DNA from: Candidatus Eremiobacteria bacterium
GTDB lineage: Bacteria > Vulcanimicrobiota > Vulcanimicrobiia > Vulcanimicrobiales > Vulcanimicrobiaceae
Reading direction: 5' to 3'
DNA: 64,000 nucleotides
NCBI GenBank assembly: GCA_963758295.1
Contig: CAVWUU010000003.1
Location: 160,001 to 224,000 of the forward strand
The number at the start of each line of letters is the position of its first letter. The stretch's first letter is position 1. The notes below the pieces were generated by a model, which was not told where the DNA came from, did no database searches, and saw nothing but the letters and a program-made list of their open reading frames with translations. Position numbers and translations under genes: made by a program. This document shows positions 21,701 through 30,817 of the stretch, piece after piece.

Positions 21701-22731
21701 AAGCGATGATTCTTGCCGGCGGGCTGTCGACGCGCCTCTATCCGCTCACCAAGCAGGTGCCGAAGCCGCTGGTTCCCGTCGGTGGAAAGCCGAACGCCGT
21801 GCATCTCATTCACTACCTGAAGGCGTACGGCTTCGACGAGATCATCATCAACGTCCATTACTTAGCGGACGCCATTACAAACAAGCTCGGTGACGGCTCG
21901 GAATTCGGCGTGCACCTGGAATACTCGCACGAACCGGAACTGCTCGGGAGCGCGGGAGCCGTGAAACAAGTGCAGCGGTTCTTCGGCGACCAATCCTTCG
22001 TCGTTGTGGGATGCGACGATCTTACCGATCTGCCGCTCGATCGTCTTCTGGAAATGCACAAAGAGAAGAACGCGATCGCGACGATCGGCCTCGTGGAACG
22101 CCAGCGCGTCGATCAATACGGCGTCGTCGTTTTGGACGAAGACGGCTGCATTCGCGGATTCCAAGAAAAGCCCGAGCCGGGAACCGAGCGCAGTAAACTC
22201 GTGAACACCGGAATATACGCCTTTTCACCGGAAATTTTTGCGCATATTCCGTCGGCCGAATTTTATGATTTCGGCAAGCAAGTTTTTCCGGAATTGCAAG
22301 CCGAGCAGCTGCCGTTCTACGGCTTTGATGCGCGCGACGCCTACTGGTGCGACATTGGGACGCCCGACGAGTATTGGCGTGCAAGTGCGGACTTGGTGAA
22401 CGGACGGTTTGCTATTCCCGACACCCGCGCAAGCGGTGCAGATACAAGCGCGCAAGTTGCATCAAGCGCGAAGATCGATCCGAACGTCTGGATCGGCGCA
22501 CAGGCGAGAATCGGCGAAAACGTTCGTATTGCCGGGCCTTCGGTAGTCGGCGATCGCGTCGTGGTGGAAGATGGCGCCACATTGGATCGCACGATCGTTT
22601 GGGAGGGCTCGACGATCGGCGCGAATGCGCGCATTACAAATAGTATCATCGGTATTCGGTATCTCGTAGATGCCGGTGCGGAGTTGAATCGCAGCGTGGT
22701 CGCAAACGAAGAGGTTCCTCAGCCGCACTAG
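21697..22731 (+). CDS. Second NDP-sugar pyrophosphorylase
   Basis: ILAGGLSTRLYPLT..PKPL, LLGSAG, FQEKP, YWCDIGT, and a beta-helix C-terminus. Confidence 0.88.
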   Translation: MKAMILAGGLSTRLYPLTKQVPKPLVPVGGKPNAVHLIHYLKAYGFDEIIINVHYLADAITNKLGDGSEFGVHLEYSHEPELLGSAGAVKQVQRFFGDQSFVVVGCDDLTDLPLDRLLEMHKEKNAIATIGLVERQRVDQYGVVVLDEDGCIRGFQEKPEPGTERSKLVNTGIYAFSPEIFAHIPSAEFYDFGKQVFPELQAEQLPFYGFDARDAYWCDIGTPDEYWRASADLVNGRFAIPDTRASGADTSAQVASSAKIDPNVWIGAQARIGENVRIAGPSVVGDRVVVEDGATLDRTIVWEGSTIGANARITNSIIGIRYLVDAGAELNRSVVANEEVPQPH

Positions 22732-22762
22732 CCGGCCGGCGGATCCGCGTGATGGGCGAGCG

Positions 22763-23347
22763 ATGTCTCGCATCATCGATTTCCTTTTTCCGGCGCAATG
22801 CGCAGCGTGCGGAGCCGGGGGCAGCGGTTTATGTTTGCGGTGCGCGCCGATTTCGCGCGAACCGCTGCATCGAGCTCTTATGACGCTGAACATCCGTGCG
22901 GCCGGCGCCTATGAAGGCCATTTGGCGCGCGCGGTTCTCGCTTTGAAAAGCGGACGGCGCGACGTCGCCGACGCGCTAGCATTGCGGCTGGAGCCGCTCT
23001 TGCGCGCGGGCGATCTGCTCGTTCCCGTTCCCACGACCGCAAGGCGCCGCCGAATCCGCGGCATGGACAACGTCGTCGTGCTTGCGCAAAAAGCGTCGTG
23101 GCTGGCCGGCACAACCGTCGTGCCCGCATTGCGGCGCACCGGTGCCGACATGCAGCGCGGAAGGTCGCGCGCACAACGGTTAGCGGCTTCCGGACGCTTT
23201 CTTTGCGATGCTTCGGCGGTCGCTGCACGCCGCATTGTGCTCGTCGACGACGTATGTACGACGGGAGCGACGTTAGAAGACTGCGCACGCGTGATTCGCG
23301 CTGCCGGCGGAACGGTAGAAGAGGCAGCGGTCATAGCCCTCGCGTAG
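22763..23347 (+). CDS. ComF family phosphoribosyltransferase
   Basis: LFPAQCAAC..LCLRC zinc ribbon, VPVP, LVDDVCTTGATL. Confidence 0.88.
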   Translation: MSRIIDFLFPAQCAACGAGGSGLCLRCAPISREPLHRALMTLNIRAAGAYEGHLARAVLALKSGRRDVADALALRLEPLLRAGDLLVPVPTTARRRRIRGMDNVVVLAQKASWLAGTTVVPALRRTGADMQRGRSRAQRLAASGRFLCDASAVAARRIVLVDDVCTTGATLEDCARVIRAAGGTVEEAAVIALA

Positions 23348-23355
23348 AGAAGGGC

Positions 23356-24456
23356 GTGCCCATCTCCGCTCTCGACCGGTTATATCTCGAGCGAACTTAC
23401 GAGTTGGCGGCGCGCGGAATCGGCAGCACTGCGCCCAATCCGCCCGTTGGCGCCGTCGTCGTCCGCGACGGAAAAATCGTAGGTGAAGGCTACCATCACA
23501 AAGCCGGCGAGCCTCACGCGGAGGTCAACGCCATTAGAGCGGCCGGTGACGTTCGCGGCGCAACGGTGTACGTTTCACTAGAACCGTGCAACCACGTTGG
23601 CCGTACGCCGGCGTGTTCGCTCTCGCTCCTTGAGGCCGGAGTCCGGCGGGTAGTTGCCGGCGCGATCGATCCGAATCCCAAGACCAACGGCGGCGGTGTC
23701 GCCCGACTGCGCGACGCCGGAATCGAAGTGACGATAGCCGGCGACGAACGCGCGCGCAAACTGATAGAACCCTTTGCGTTTGCGGTCATCCACGAGCGCC
23801 CGTACGTGGCGTTGAAGATGGCAATGTCGCTTGACGGTTGCATCACGTCGAAACCAGGCGTGCAAGAATGGCTCACGAGCGAAGCGGAACGCTTGTACGT
23901 GCGGGATCTGCGCATTGCCTACGATGCGGTGATGGTGGGTGCGGGAACCGTGCGTGTTGACGATCCGCAGCTCACTGTTCGTCCGCCGCGCCACCGGTTA
24001 CGTCCATTCACGCGTGTCGTCGTTTGCGAGACCGACACCGTTGCGGAGTCGAGCCGTGTTTTCGCATCGCTGGAAGATTACGAGAAAACGATAGTGCTTG
24101 CCCCGGCGGGCGCAAAGCAACGCTTCGAAAACCTGCGCGAGGTCGCTGAGGTGCTTTTTGTCGGCGATGAATCGGCCACGCAGCTCGATCTTTCCGATGG
24201 GATGAAAACGCTACGCGCGTTTGGCATCCAAAGCGTTCTGTGCGAAGGCGGTCCGACGCTCGGGGCGCGACTCATTGAAGGCGACGTCGTCGATCGCTTC
24301 TACTGGGCGATAGCTCCCGTGTTGCTGAGTAATGCCGAAGCGGTGCCGGTGCTGGCCGGTGCAAATCTTGCAACGATCGGCCGGCGCTTGCGGTTTGACG
24401 GCATGGAGCGCGCGGGCGAAGACGTGGTTCTCACCGGCGTATTGGAACGCGTTTAG
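23356..24456 (+). CDS. ribD: Bifunctional riboflavin deaminase/reductase
   Basis: PNPPVGAV, HAE, SLEPCNH.GRTPAC, MSLDG, CEGG. Confidence 0.95.
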   Translation: MPISALDRLYLERTYELAARGIGSTAPNPPVGAVVVRDGKIVGEGYHHKAGEPHAEVNAIRAAGDVRGATVYVSLEPCNHVGRTPACSLSLLEAGVRRVVAGAIDPNPKTNGGGVARLRDAGIEVTIAGDERARKLIEPFAFAVIHERPYVALKMAMSLDGCITSKPGVQEWLTSEAERLYVRDLRIAYDAVMVGAGTVRVDDPQLTVRPPRHRLRPFTRVVVCETDTVAESSRVFASLEDYEKTIVLAPAGAKQRFENLREVAEVLFVGDESATQLDLSDGMKTLRAFGIQSVLCEGGPTLGARLIEGDVVDRFYWAIAPVLLSNAEAVPVLAGANLATIGRRLRFDGMERAGEDVVLTGVLERV

Positions 24457-24469
24457 GGAAGCGAAAACG

Positions 24470-25069
24470 ATGTTTAGCGGATTGATTGGATATCGAGGCC
24501 ACGTCGCGGCGCTCGAACCGCGTGAAGAAGGCGGCGTCACGCTGCGGCTTCATTGCGAGGGCGTGACGGAAGAAGCGCCGCAAGTGAAAGATTCTATCGC
24601 GGTGAACGGCGTGTGCCTGACGGCAACGGCGATCGACGGCGACGTGGTCGCCTTCGACGTCGTTCCGGAAACGCTTCAGCGCTCGTCGCTCGGAACGCTC
24701 GGTGAAAACGAAAGCGTAAACCTCGAGTACTCATTGCGAATCGGCGATCGTATGGGCGGGCATTTCGTCTACGGGCACGTCGATCGCAGTGCAGCGATCT
24801 TGACACGAACGCCCGAAGGTCAAGGCGAACGCGTGCGTATCGAACGTCCGGCCGCCCTTGCGCCAATGATTGCGGAGAAAGCCTTCGTGGCAGTCGACGG
24901 CGTAAGCGTTACGGTCGCCGCGGCCGGCGATGGCTGGTTCGAAATCGCACTCATTCCCGAGACGCTAGCGCGTACGACGCTCGGTGAACGTTCAGAAGGT
25001 TCGTGTGTAAATTTGGAAGTCGACCCGATGGCCCGGTACGCGCATTCGGTGCTGGAGGCCATGCGTTGA
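24470..25069 (+). CDS. ribE: Riboflavin synthase (alpha chain)
   Basis: MFSGLI, SIAVNGVCLT, VNLE, GGHFVYGHVD, IPETL, VNLEVD. Confidence 0.95.
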   Translation: MFSGLIGYRGHVAALEPREEGGVTLRLHCEGVTEEAPQVKDSIAVNGVCLTATAIDGDVVAFDVVPETLQRSSLGTLGENESVNLEYSLRIGDRMGGHFVYGHVDRSAAILTRTPEGQGERVRIERPAALAPMIAEKAFVAVDGVSVTVAAAGDGWFEIALIPETLARTTLGERSEGSCVNLEVDPMARYAHSVLEAMR

Positions 25070-25515
25070 AATTTCGCGATTCGTTGCCGGCCGGCGCGCG
25101 TGTCTTCGAGGCGCGTCTCACGGTACAGTGGGCCGACGTCGATATAGCGGGCATCATGTACTTCGCGGCGTATTGGCGTTTCGCCGAATACGCTGAAATG
25201 GAGATGTTCGGCGAACTCGGCTTTCCGTATAACACGGTCTTCGACGATTTAGACTTCTGGTTACCGCGCGTTCGCGTCGAAGCAGAATACCATGCGTCGG
25301 CCCTAATGGGCGACGTCATGCGGATGCGGACGCACCTCGAAAAAGTCGGCGCATCGAGCGTGAAGTGGAAAACCGTGCTCTTCAACGATTCTACCGGCAT
25401 TGCAAGCGCCGTCATGACGCTGACCGTGGCATGCATGAATCGTGCGACGAAGCGCAGCCAAGCCTTGCCGGCCCAGCTGCGCGAGAAGTTGCTCGCAGCG
25501 TGGACGCCGGTTTAA
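25066..25515 (+). CDS. Acyl-CoA thioesterase (4HBT/YbgC hotdog fold)
   Basis: VQWADVDIAGIMYFAAY.RFAE. Confidence 0.85.
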   Translation: MKFRDSLPAGARVFEARLTVQWADVDIAGIMYFAAYWRFAEYAEMEMFGELGFPYNTVFDDLDFWLPRVRVEAEYHASALMGDVMRMRTHLEKVGASSVKWKTVLFNDSTGIASAVMTLTVACMNRATKRSQALPAQLREKLLAAWTPV

Positions 25516-26075
25516 CGCTTTCGTAGCAGTGCAATCGCTTGTTGCGCGCGCTCGTCGCTAAAGTGCGTAGCAAGTTCGCCGAGCGTCTGCGGGACCGACG
25601 ACATAATGACGCCCGCATGAACCATGCGCGCGATAGACGCCCGTTCGCTGCGTTCCGAGGCGCCGTTGCACGCATCCAACACGACGCGCGCTTCGAAGCC
25701 GGCCTCCAGCGCGTGCAACGCTGCACGTTGAACGGCAATTTCCGTAACGACCCCGGCTAGAAGAAGCGTGCGGCGTCCCGTCGCATCGATCGACGAGCGA
25801 AGAGCCTCATCGTCTAACGAATCCGTGCCTTGACGCACGTGGAGCGGAAAATCGTCGCCAAGGACGTCTTCAAGCCGCCTAGTTAACTTGGGGTCCTTCC
25901 CGAGCGCAATAGCAGACACCACGATCGGGATGCCGTAGATCTGCGCCGCCTGCGCGAGCACCGCCGCCGTCTTATCGGTCTCGTGATGGTCGCTCGTGCG
26001 GGCACCTTCCGCAATGCCCTCTTGATGATCGACGAACAGCACTAGGGCGCGGTCGGCAAGGTCGTTCAGGTTCAT
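25512..26075 (-). CDS. Isochorismatase family hydrolase (YcaC-like)
   Basis: LVLFVDHQEG, LLLAGVVTEIAV, VVLDAC. Ala stands where the family usually has the nucleophilic Cys. Confidence 0.8.
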   Translation of the reverse strand: MNLNDLADRALVLFVDHQEGIAEGARTSDHHETDKTAAVLAQAAQIYGIPIVVSAIALGKDPKLTRRLEDVLGDDFPLHVRQGTDSLDDEALRSSIDATGRRTLLLAGVVTEIAVQRAALHALEAGFEARVVLDACNGASERSERASIARMVHAGVIMSSVPQTLGELATHFSDERAQQAIALLRKR

Positions 26076-26110
26076 TGCGCCGTTATACCCGCCGTTTTGG
26101 CGACCGTTGA

Positions 26111-26142
26111 ACTTGACACTTGTAAAGTCCGGGCCGTAGGCT
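26111..26142 (+). promoter_or_regulatory. Sigma70-type promoter of HTH-ribBA overlapped by an 18-bp inverted repeat
   Basis: TTGACA (26113-26118)-N18-TAGGCT (26137-26142), with ATG 7 nt later. Palindrome ACTTGACA-CT-TGTAAAGT at 26111-26128. Confidence 0.65.
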
Positions 26143-26149
26143 ACGCCAT

Positions 26150-27559
26150 ATGACCGCTTTTGCCCATCAGCTGAACTCCGCCATGGAGGCCGCAGGCCTC
26201 TCCGCGGCCGAGCTCGCCCAAAAAGCCGGCGTCACGGAATCAGCGGTATCGCTGCTTCGTTCCGGCCGCCGAGAACCTTCGTATAAGACGTTGCAGCGTC
26301 TCACGGGCGTGCTGCCCGATTTGGTTCCGTCACAGGCGCAAGATTCGAACCCCTTCGACATGATTGAAGACGCGATCGATGATATTCGCGCCGGCAAGAT
26401 GGTCGTCGTGCTCGACGACGAGGACCGCGAAAACGAAGGCGACCTTGTGATGGCGGCTCAGATGGTCAGTTCCGAAGCCATCAACTTCATGCGCAAGGAG
26501 GCCGGCGGACTCATCTGCGTGCCGATGCTCGGAAGACGGTTGGACGAGCTGCAGATTCCGCAGATGGTTTCGGACAACACGGCGGTCCACGAAACGGCTT
26601 TCACGGTTTCGGTTGAAGCGCGCGGCGTAACGACGACGGGAATTTCGGCGCAAGATCGCGCCGCAACGATCAAGATGCTGCTCGATCCGGAAGCGACTGC
26701 AGCGGATTTACTGCGTCCCGGTCACACCTTTCCGTTACGCGCCCGGGACGGCGGCGTGCTTGTCCGCGCCGGTCAGACCGAAGCGTCGGTCGATCTCGCA
26801 CGACTCGCGGGACTGTATCCGGCGGGCGTCATTTGCGAAATCATGGCCGAAGACGGAACGATGGAGCGACTCGAGGGGTTACGGAAGTATGCCGACCGCC
26901 ATGGGCTTCGGCTTATCACCGTAAAGGATCTCATAGCCTACCGTATGCGCACAGAAAAACTCGTCAAAAGAGTCGCAGAATTCGAGCTTCCCGCCACGAC
27001 CGGAAATTGGAAGGGCGTTGCTTACGAGAGCACCATCGACGGCAACACTCACGTCGCGCTCGTCATGGGGGACATCAGCAGCGGCAAAGACGTGCTCGTG
27101 CGCGTGCACTCCGAGTGTCTCACCGGCGACGCGCTGCACTCGATTCGTTGTGACTGCGCGGCCCAGCGTGACGGCGCAATGGCCATGATCGCTCACGGCG
27201 GCCGCGGTGTTTTCTTGTACTTGCGGCAGGAAGGGCGCGGCATTGGCCTTGCCAACAAGCTTCGCGCGTACGAACTACAAGATAAGGGAGCGGACACGGT
27301 CGAAGCAAACCTCGCGCTCGGGCTGCCGGTCGACAAGCGCGACTACGGCATCGGCTCGCAAATCCTCGCCGATCTGGGCGTCAAAGAAATGCGCCTCATC
27401 ACGAACAATCCGCGCAAAATTTTTGGCCTCGAAGGCTACGGCATCAAAATCACCGATCGCGTGCCGATGCAGACGAAGCCGACGGTCTACAACAAGCATT
27501 ACATGGCGACGAAGCGCGCGAAGCTCGGCCACATGTTCGACGACACGGTGGCTTCGTGA
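26150..27559 (+). CDS. ribBA: XRE-family HTH fused to bifunctional DHBP synthase / GTP cyclohydrolase II
   Basis: Residues about 1-57: LSAAELAQKAGVTESAVSLLRSGRREPSYKTL (HTH_3). Then DDEDRENEGD, GHTFPL, RVHSECLTGD, RCDC, QEGRGIGL. Confidence 0.95.
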   Translation: MTAFAHQLNSAMEAAGLSAAELAQKAGVTESAVSLLRSGRREPSYKTLQRLTGVLPDLVPSQAQDSNPFDMIEDAIDDIRAGKMVVVLDDEDRENEGDLVMAAQMVSSEAINFMRKEAGGLICVPMLGRRLDELQIPQMVSDNTAVHETAFTVSVEARGVTTTGISAQDRAATIKMLLDPEATAADLLRPGHTFPLRARDGGVLVRAGQTEASVDLARLAGLYPAGVICEIMAEDGTMERLEGLRKYADRHGLRLITVKDLIAYRMRTEKLVKRVAEFELPATTGNWKGVAYESTIDGNTHVALVMGDISSGKDVLVRVHSECLTGDALHSIRCDCAAQRDGAMAMIAHGGRGVFLYLRQEGRGIGLANKLRAYELQDKGADTVEANLALGLPVDKRDYGIGSQILADLGVKEMRLITNNPRKIFGLEGYGIKITDRVPMQTKPTVYNKHYMATKRAKLGHMFDDTVAS

Positions 27560-28053
27560 AGCTAAACGGATCCAGCCGTCCGCAGCCCGGGGTGCCGGAC
27601 TGCAACGGCAAGCGGTTTGCCGTCGTTGCGGCACGGTTTTATCGCGAACTCACGGATTGGCTCATTGACGGCGCGAAGCGCGCGTTGCGCGACGCGAACG
27701 TCGATGAAGCGGATATTTCGGTTTACGAAGTCCCGGGATGTTTCGAGTTGCCGCTCGCGTGCCGTCGTCTTATCGATCAGGATCGCGTTGATGGAATCGT
27801 TGCCGTCGGCGTCGTGATTCGAGGCGACACGCCGCATTTTGATTTCGTTGCGGGTGAGTGCGCGCGCGGAATCATGGACGTGCAACTGATGACCGGCGTG
27901 CCGATCGGCTTCGGCGTCTTGACCACAGAGAATCTTGTGCAGGCCGAAGAACGGGCCGATCCGAGGCGCGGAGATAAGGGATACGAGGCAGCCGTTGCGG
28001 CTGCGACCCTCATGCACATTCCCGCCGACCTTCCTCGCGCCGGCTTTCGGTAA
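27556..28053 (+). CDS. ribH: 6,7-dimethyl-8-ribityllumazine synthase
   Basis: VAARFY, VPGCFELP, GVVIRGDTPHFD, FGVLT. Confidence 0.95.
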   Translation: MKLNGSSRPQPGVPDCNGKRFAVVAARFYRELTDWLIDGAKRALRDANVDEADISVYEVPGCFELPLACRRLIDQDRVDGIVAVGVVIRGDTPHFDFVAGECARGIMDVQLMTGVPIGFGVLTTENLVQAEERADPRRGDKGYEAAVAAATLMHIPADLPRAGFR

Positions 28054-28083
28054 AAGATCTGCGGGAGCGGGTACGCTCTGCGC

Positions 28084-28308
28084 ATGCAAGACCGCAATCA
28101 AAAAACGCTAGACGGCGAGCCGCTCGTAGATCGCGGCACGATCGAATCCCGACGCGACGAAGAGACGCAAGAAATGGAACAAAATCCGCCGGTGGACGAA
28201 ACGGATTCCGGACCGCAACCGGTTCTCGGGAGCAATGACGCCGAGCCGCGCAATACCAACCAAGAGAAGCATCCCACGATAGCAGCGGAAGACGCCAAAG
28301 ACACGTAA
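28084..28308 (+). CDS. Small acidic hydrophilic protein
   Basis: 74-aa D/E/Q-rich ORF preceded by the GCGGGTAC-N9-ATG motif. Confidence 0.6.
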   Translation: MQDRNQKTLDGEPLVDRGTIESRRDEETQEMEQNPPVDETDSGPQPVLGSNDAEPRNTNQEKHPTIAAEDAKDT

Positions 28309-28419
28309 CGTCGAGAGGGTCGGGCGACGCTTGGCCGGTATGCGGGGCAAAGGAGGGGTTCGCTTACCAAAGTCGCATTAAGCTTGCCCTAACCCATCAG
28401 CGTGTGGAGGCCTCGACCC

Positions 28420-28716
28420 GTGGAAGACAAGATGATCACCTGTAAGGACTGCGGCAATGAGTTCGTGTTTACAGCACGCGAGCAGCAGTTTTTTGCCGAA
28501 AAGGGATTTCAGAATCAGCCGCAGCGCTGCCGCGAATGCCGCCAAGCCCGGCGCGCGACGAGCGGCGACGGCATCGGTTCGAGCGCCCAGCGCCCGAGCT
28601 TTGAAACCGTGTGCGCCGCATGCGGCGTGAATACCACCGTACCGTTCCGTCCTCGCGGCGATCGCCCGGTGTACTGCCGCACGTGCTACACCGCGCAGGT
28701 CCCGGCGGGCGTTTAA
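28420..28716 (+). CDS. Zinc-ribbon (zf-trcl-like) plus CxxC-x17-CxxC domain protein
   Basis: CKDCGNEFVFTAREQQFFAEKGF.N.P.RCREC and CAACG...VPFRP.GDRPVYCRTC. Confidence 0.9.
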   Translation: MEDKMITCKDCGNEFVFTAREQQFFAEKGFQNQPQRCRECRQARRATSGDGIGSSAQRPSFETVCAACGVNTTVPFRPRGDRPVYCRTCYTAQVPAGV

Positions 28717-28774
28717 CGACTTTCGCGTAAGCTCGAATGACCCGCTCGCGCCGGTCCCGAATGGGCTCGGCGCG

Positions 28775-29800
28775 ATGTCTTTCTCCCCTGTTCCGCAGCC
28801 TCTCGATGCCGTTCTCTGGGACGGCGGCGTGTTGACCTATGTCGATCAGCGTCTCCTTCCGCACGAAGTGCGACGCGTTCGCGCAACGTCCGTTGACGAA
28901 ATAGAAGCGGCAATTAAGACGCTGGCGGTTCGCGGAGCGCCGGCGATTGGCGTTTTCGGCGCCTACGGCGTTGCGTTGTTACGCAGCGGCATCAAAGACA
29001 ACGCCGAGTTCGCCGCCGCCGCGCAACGCGTGCGCAACGCACGGCCGACGGCGGTGAACCTCGCGTGGGCCGTCGACCGCGTTATGGCTGCGCCCGACAT
29101 GGTTGCCGAAGCGCAAGCGATCCATCGCGAGCAAATCGCGATCGATGCGGCAATCGCCGACGCCGGACTCGATCTCATCGCGAGAAACGCACAGATCATC
29201 ACGCATTGCAACACCGGCCCGATTGCGACCGCCGGCGGCGGCACGGCACTCGGCGTGATCATCCACGCGCACCGCGCCGGAAAGCATCCGCACGTTTTTG
29301 TCGATGAAACCCGCCCGTTGCTGCAAGGCGGGCGGCTAACCTACTTCGAGCTGGCGCACGCCGGCGTCGCCGCCACACTGCAAGTCGACGGCGCGGCCGC
29401 AATTGCGATGCAACGAAAAAGTATCGATCTCGTCATCGTAGGAGCCGACCGCATCGCGAGAAACGGTGATACCGCCAATAAGATCGGCACGTACGGTCTC
29501 GCGGTGTTGGCCGCGCATCACGGCATTCCGTTCTACGTTGCGGCACCGCGTTCGACGTTCGACTTTTCGATGCAAAGCGGTGAAGAAATCCACATCGAGG
29601 AGCGCGCCGCCGAAGAAGTAACTTCGTTCGGCGGGTCGTCTGTCGCCGTGGCCGATGCAAACGTTTATAATCCCGCGTTCGACGTGACGCCGGGACATCT
29701 CGTGACGGCGTTTATCACCGAGTACGGCGTCATTCGTCCGCCGTATCCGGAGATGATTCCGGCGCTGGAACATCGTCCGAATTTCGGCGTGCTCGCCTAG
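28775..29800 (+). CDS. mtnA: S-methyl-5-thioribose-1-phosphate isomerase
   Basis: DQRLLP, VRGAPAIG, RPTAVNL, THCNTG, ETRP, GADRIARNGDTANKIGT, NPAFDVTP. Confidence 0.95.
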   Translation: MSFSPVPQPLDAVLWDGGVLTYVDQRLLPHEVRRVRATSVDEIEAAIKTLAVRGAPAIGVFGAYGVALLRSGIKDNAEFAAAAQRVRNARPTAVNLAWAVDRVMAAPDMVAEAQAIHREQIAIDAAIADAGLDLIARNAQIITHCNTGPIATAGGGTALGVIIHAHRAGKHPHVFVDETRPLLQGGRLTYFELAHAGVAATLQVDGAAAIAMQRKSIDLVIVGADRIARNGDTANKIGTYGLAVLAAHHGIPFYVAAPRSTFDFSMQSGEEIHIEERAAEEVTSFGGSSVAVADANVYNPAFDVTPGHLVTAFITEYGVIRPPYPEMIPALEHRPNFGVLA

Positions 29801-29801
29801 C

Positions 29802-30788
29802 GTGAAGTTCTACGACTTCATCGATAAGCAGCCGAAGATCGGCGGCCTTGTGATCATCGAGGGAACGGAACGGGTGCTCGCGGAGCGCGCGCTCGAAGTT
29901 CTGCTCGACCGGCTTTTGCCGCCGGACATGCGCGATTTGAACCTCGAACGCGTTCCGGCTTCCGAATGGACCGACGCCGGCCGCGTGCGCGACGCCCTCA
30001 ATGCGATGCCGTTCCTCGCCGACCGCCGCGTAGTGGTCGTGACCGACGCGCAAACGCTGAAAGCCCAGCCGCGCCGCGATCTTTGGGATGCTGCCCAAAG
30101 TGTTCCCGACGGCAACACCCTGATCGTCAGCGATCTGTTGTCGCCGAAATCACAACGCCCGCAGGCGTTCGGTGCGCTCGCCGGAAGGGGCGCCACCCGC
30201 ATCGACACGACGGCAAATGAAGAAGCCCGCACGCGGTTTATCAAGGAATTCCTTGACGCGCTGGATGCAACGGCGGAGCCGCGCGTCATAAGCGAACTTT
30301 CGCGCAGTGAAGCCGACCTCGCGGCGGTACGGAACGACCTCGAAAAACTGGCGCTTGCGGGAAAAAAGATCACGTTCAAAGATCTCGAGGCGGAATCGCT
30401 CTCGATCGAAGATCCCAAGGCATACCGCTACGCGAGTGCGCTCGTGGAAGGCAAAGTAGCCGAAGCGATGGAGATTGCGCACGAGCTGTTCTCAAACGAC
30501 CCGCGCGGTGCCGCAATGCCGTTGCTCTCCGCGCTCGCGACGGAATGCGGCTTGCTGTGGGAAATGGCGCGGCCCGGCGGGGAGCTGCCGGCACGCGCAA
30601 GATGGCGGGAGCGGGTTCTCCGTCAGCTTGCCAGCCGTATAGGCGAGCGGCGGGCGAAAGTGGCGTTCGAGCGGGCCGTTCGCGGCATGGAATCGGTGGT
30701 CACCGGGCAGGCCGGCAACGACCCCGAAGACCACCGGACCTTGGTCGAAAGGATAACGGCCGAACTTTCGGCGCTTAGCCGCCGATAA
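29802..30788 (+). CDS. holA: DNA polymerase III delta subunit
   Basis: MPFLADRRVVVV, NDLEKLAL, and a length typical of HolA. Confidence 0.8.
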   Translation: MKFYDFIDKQPKIGGLVIIEGTERVLAERALEVLLDRLLPPDMRDLNLERVPASEWTDAGRVRDALNAMPFLADRRVVVVTDAQTLKAQPRRDLWDAAQSVPDGNTLIVSDLLSPKSQRPQAFGALAGRGATRIDTTANEEARTRFIKEFLDALDATAEPRVISELSRSEADLAAVRNDLEKLALAGKKITFKDLEAESLSIEDPKAYRYASALVEGKVAEAMEIAHELFSNDPRGAAMPLLSALATECGLLWEMARPGGELPARARWRERVLRQLASRIGERRAKVAFERAVRGMESVVTGQAGNDPEDHRTLVERITAELSALSRR

Positions 30789-30817
30789 AAGAATAAACCC
30801 CTCGCCGGAGTGCCTAC

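Noticed and set aside
23340..26150. FMN riboswitch ahead of ribD or ribBA
   Set aside because: ribD starts 8 nt after comF and ribBA appears leaderless; no RFN consensus is visible.
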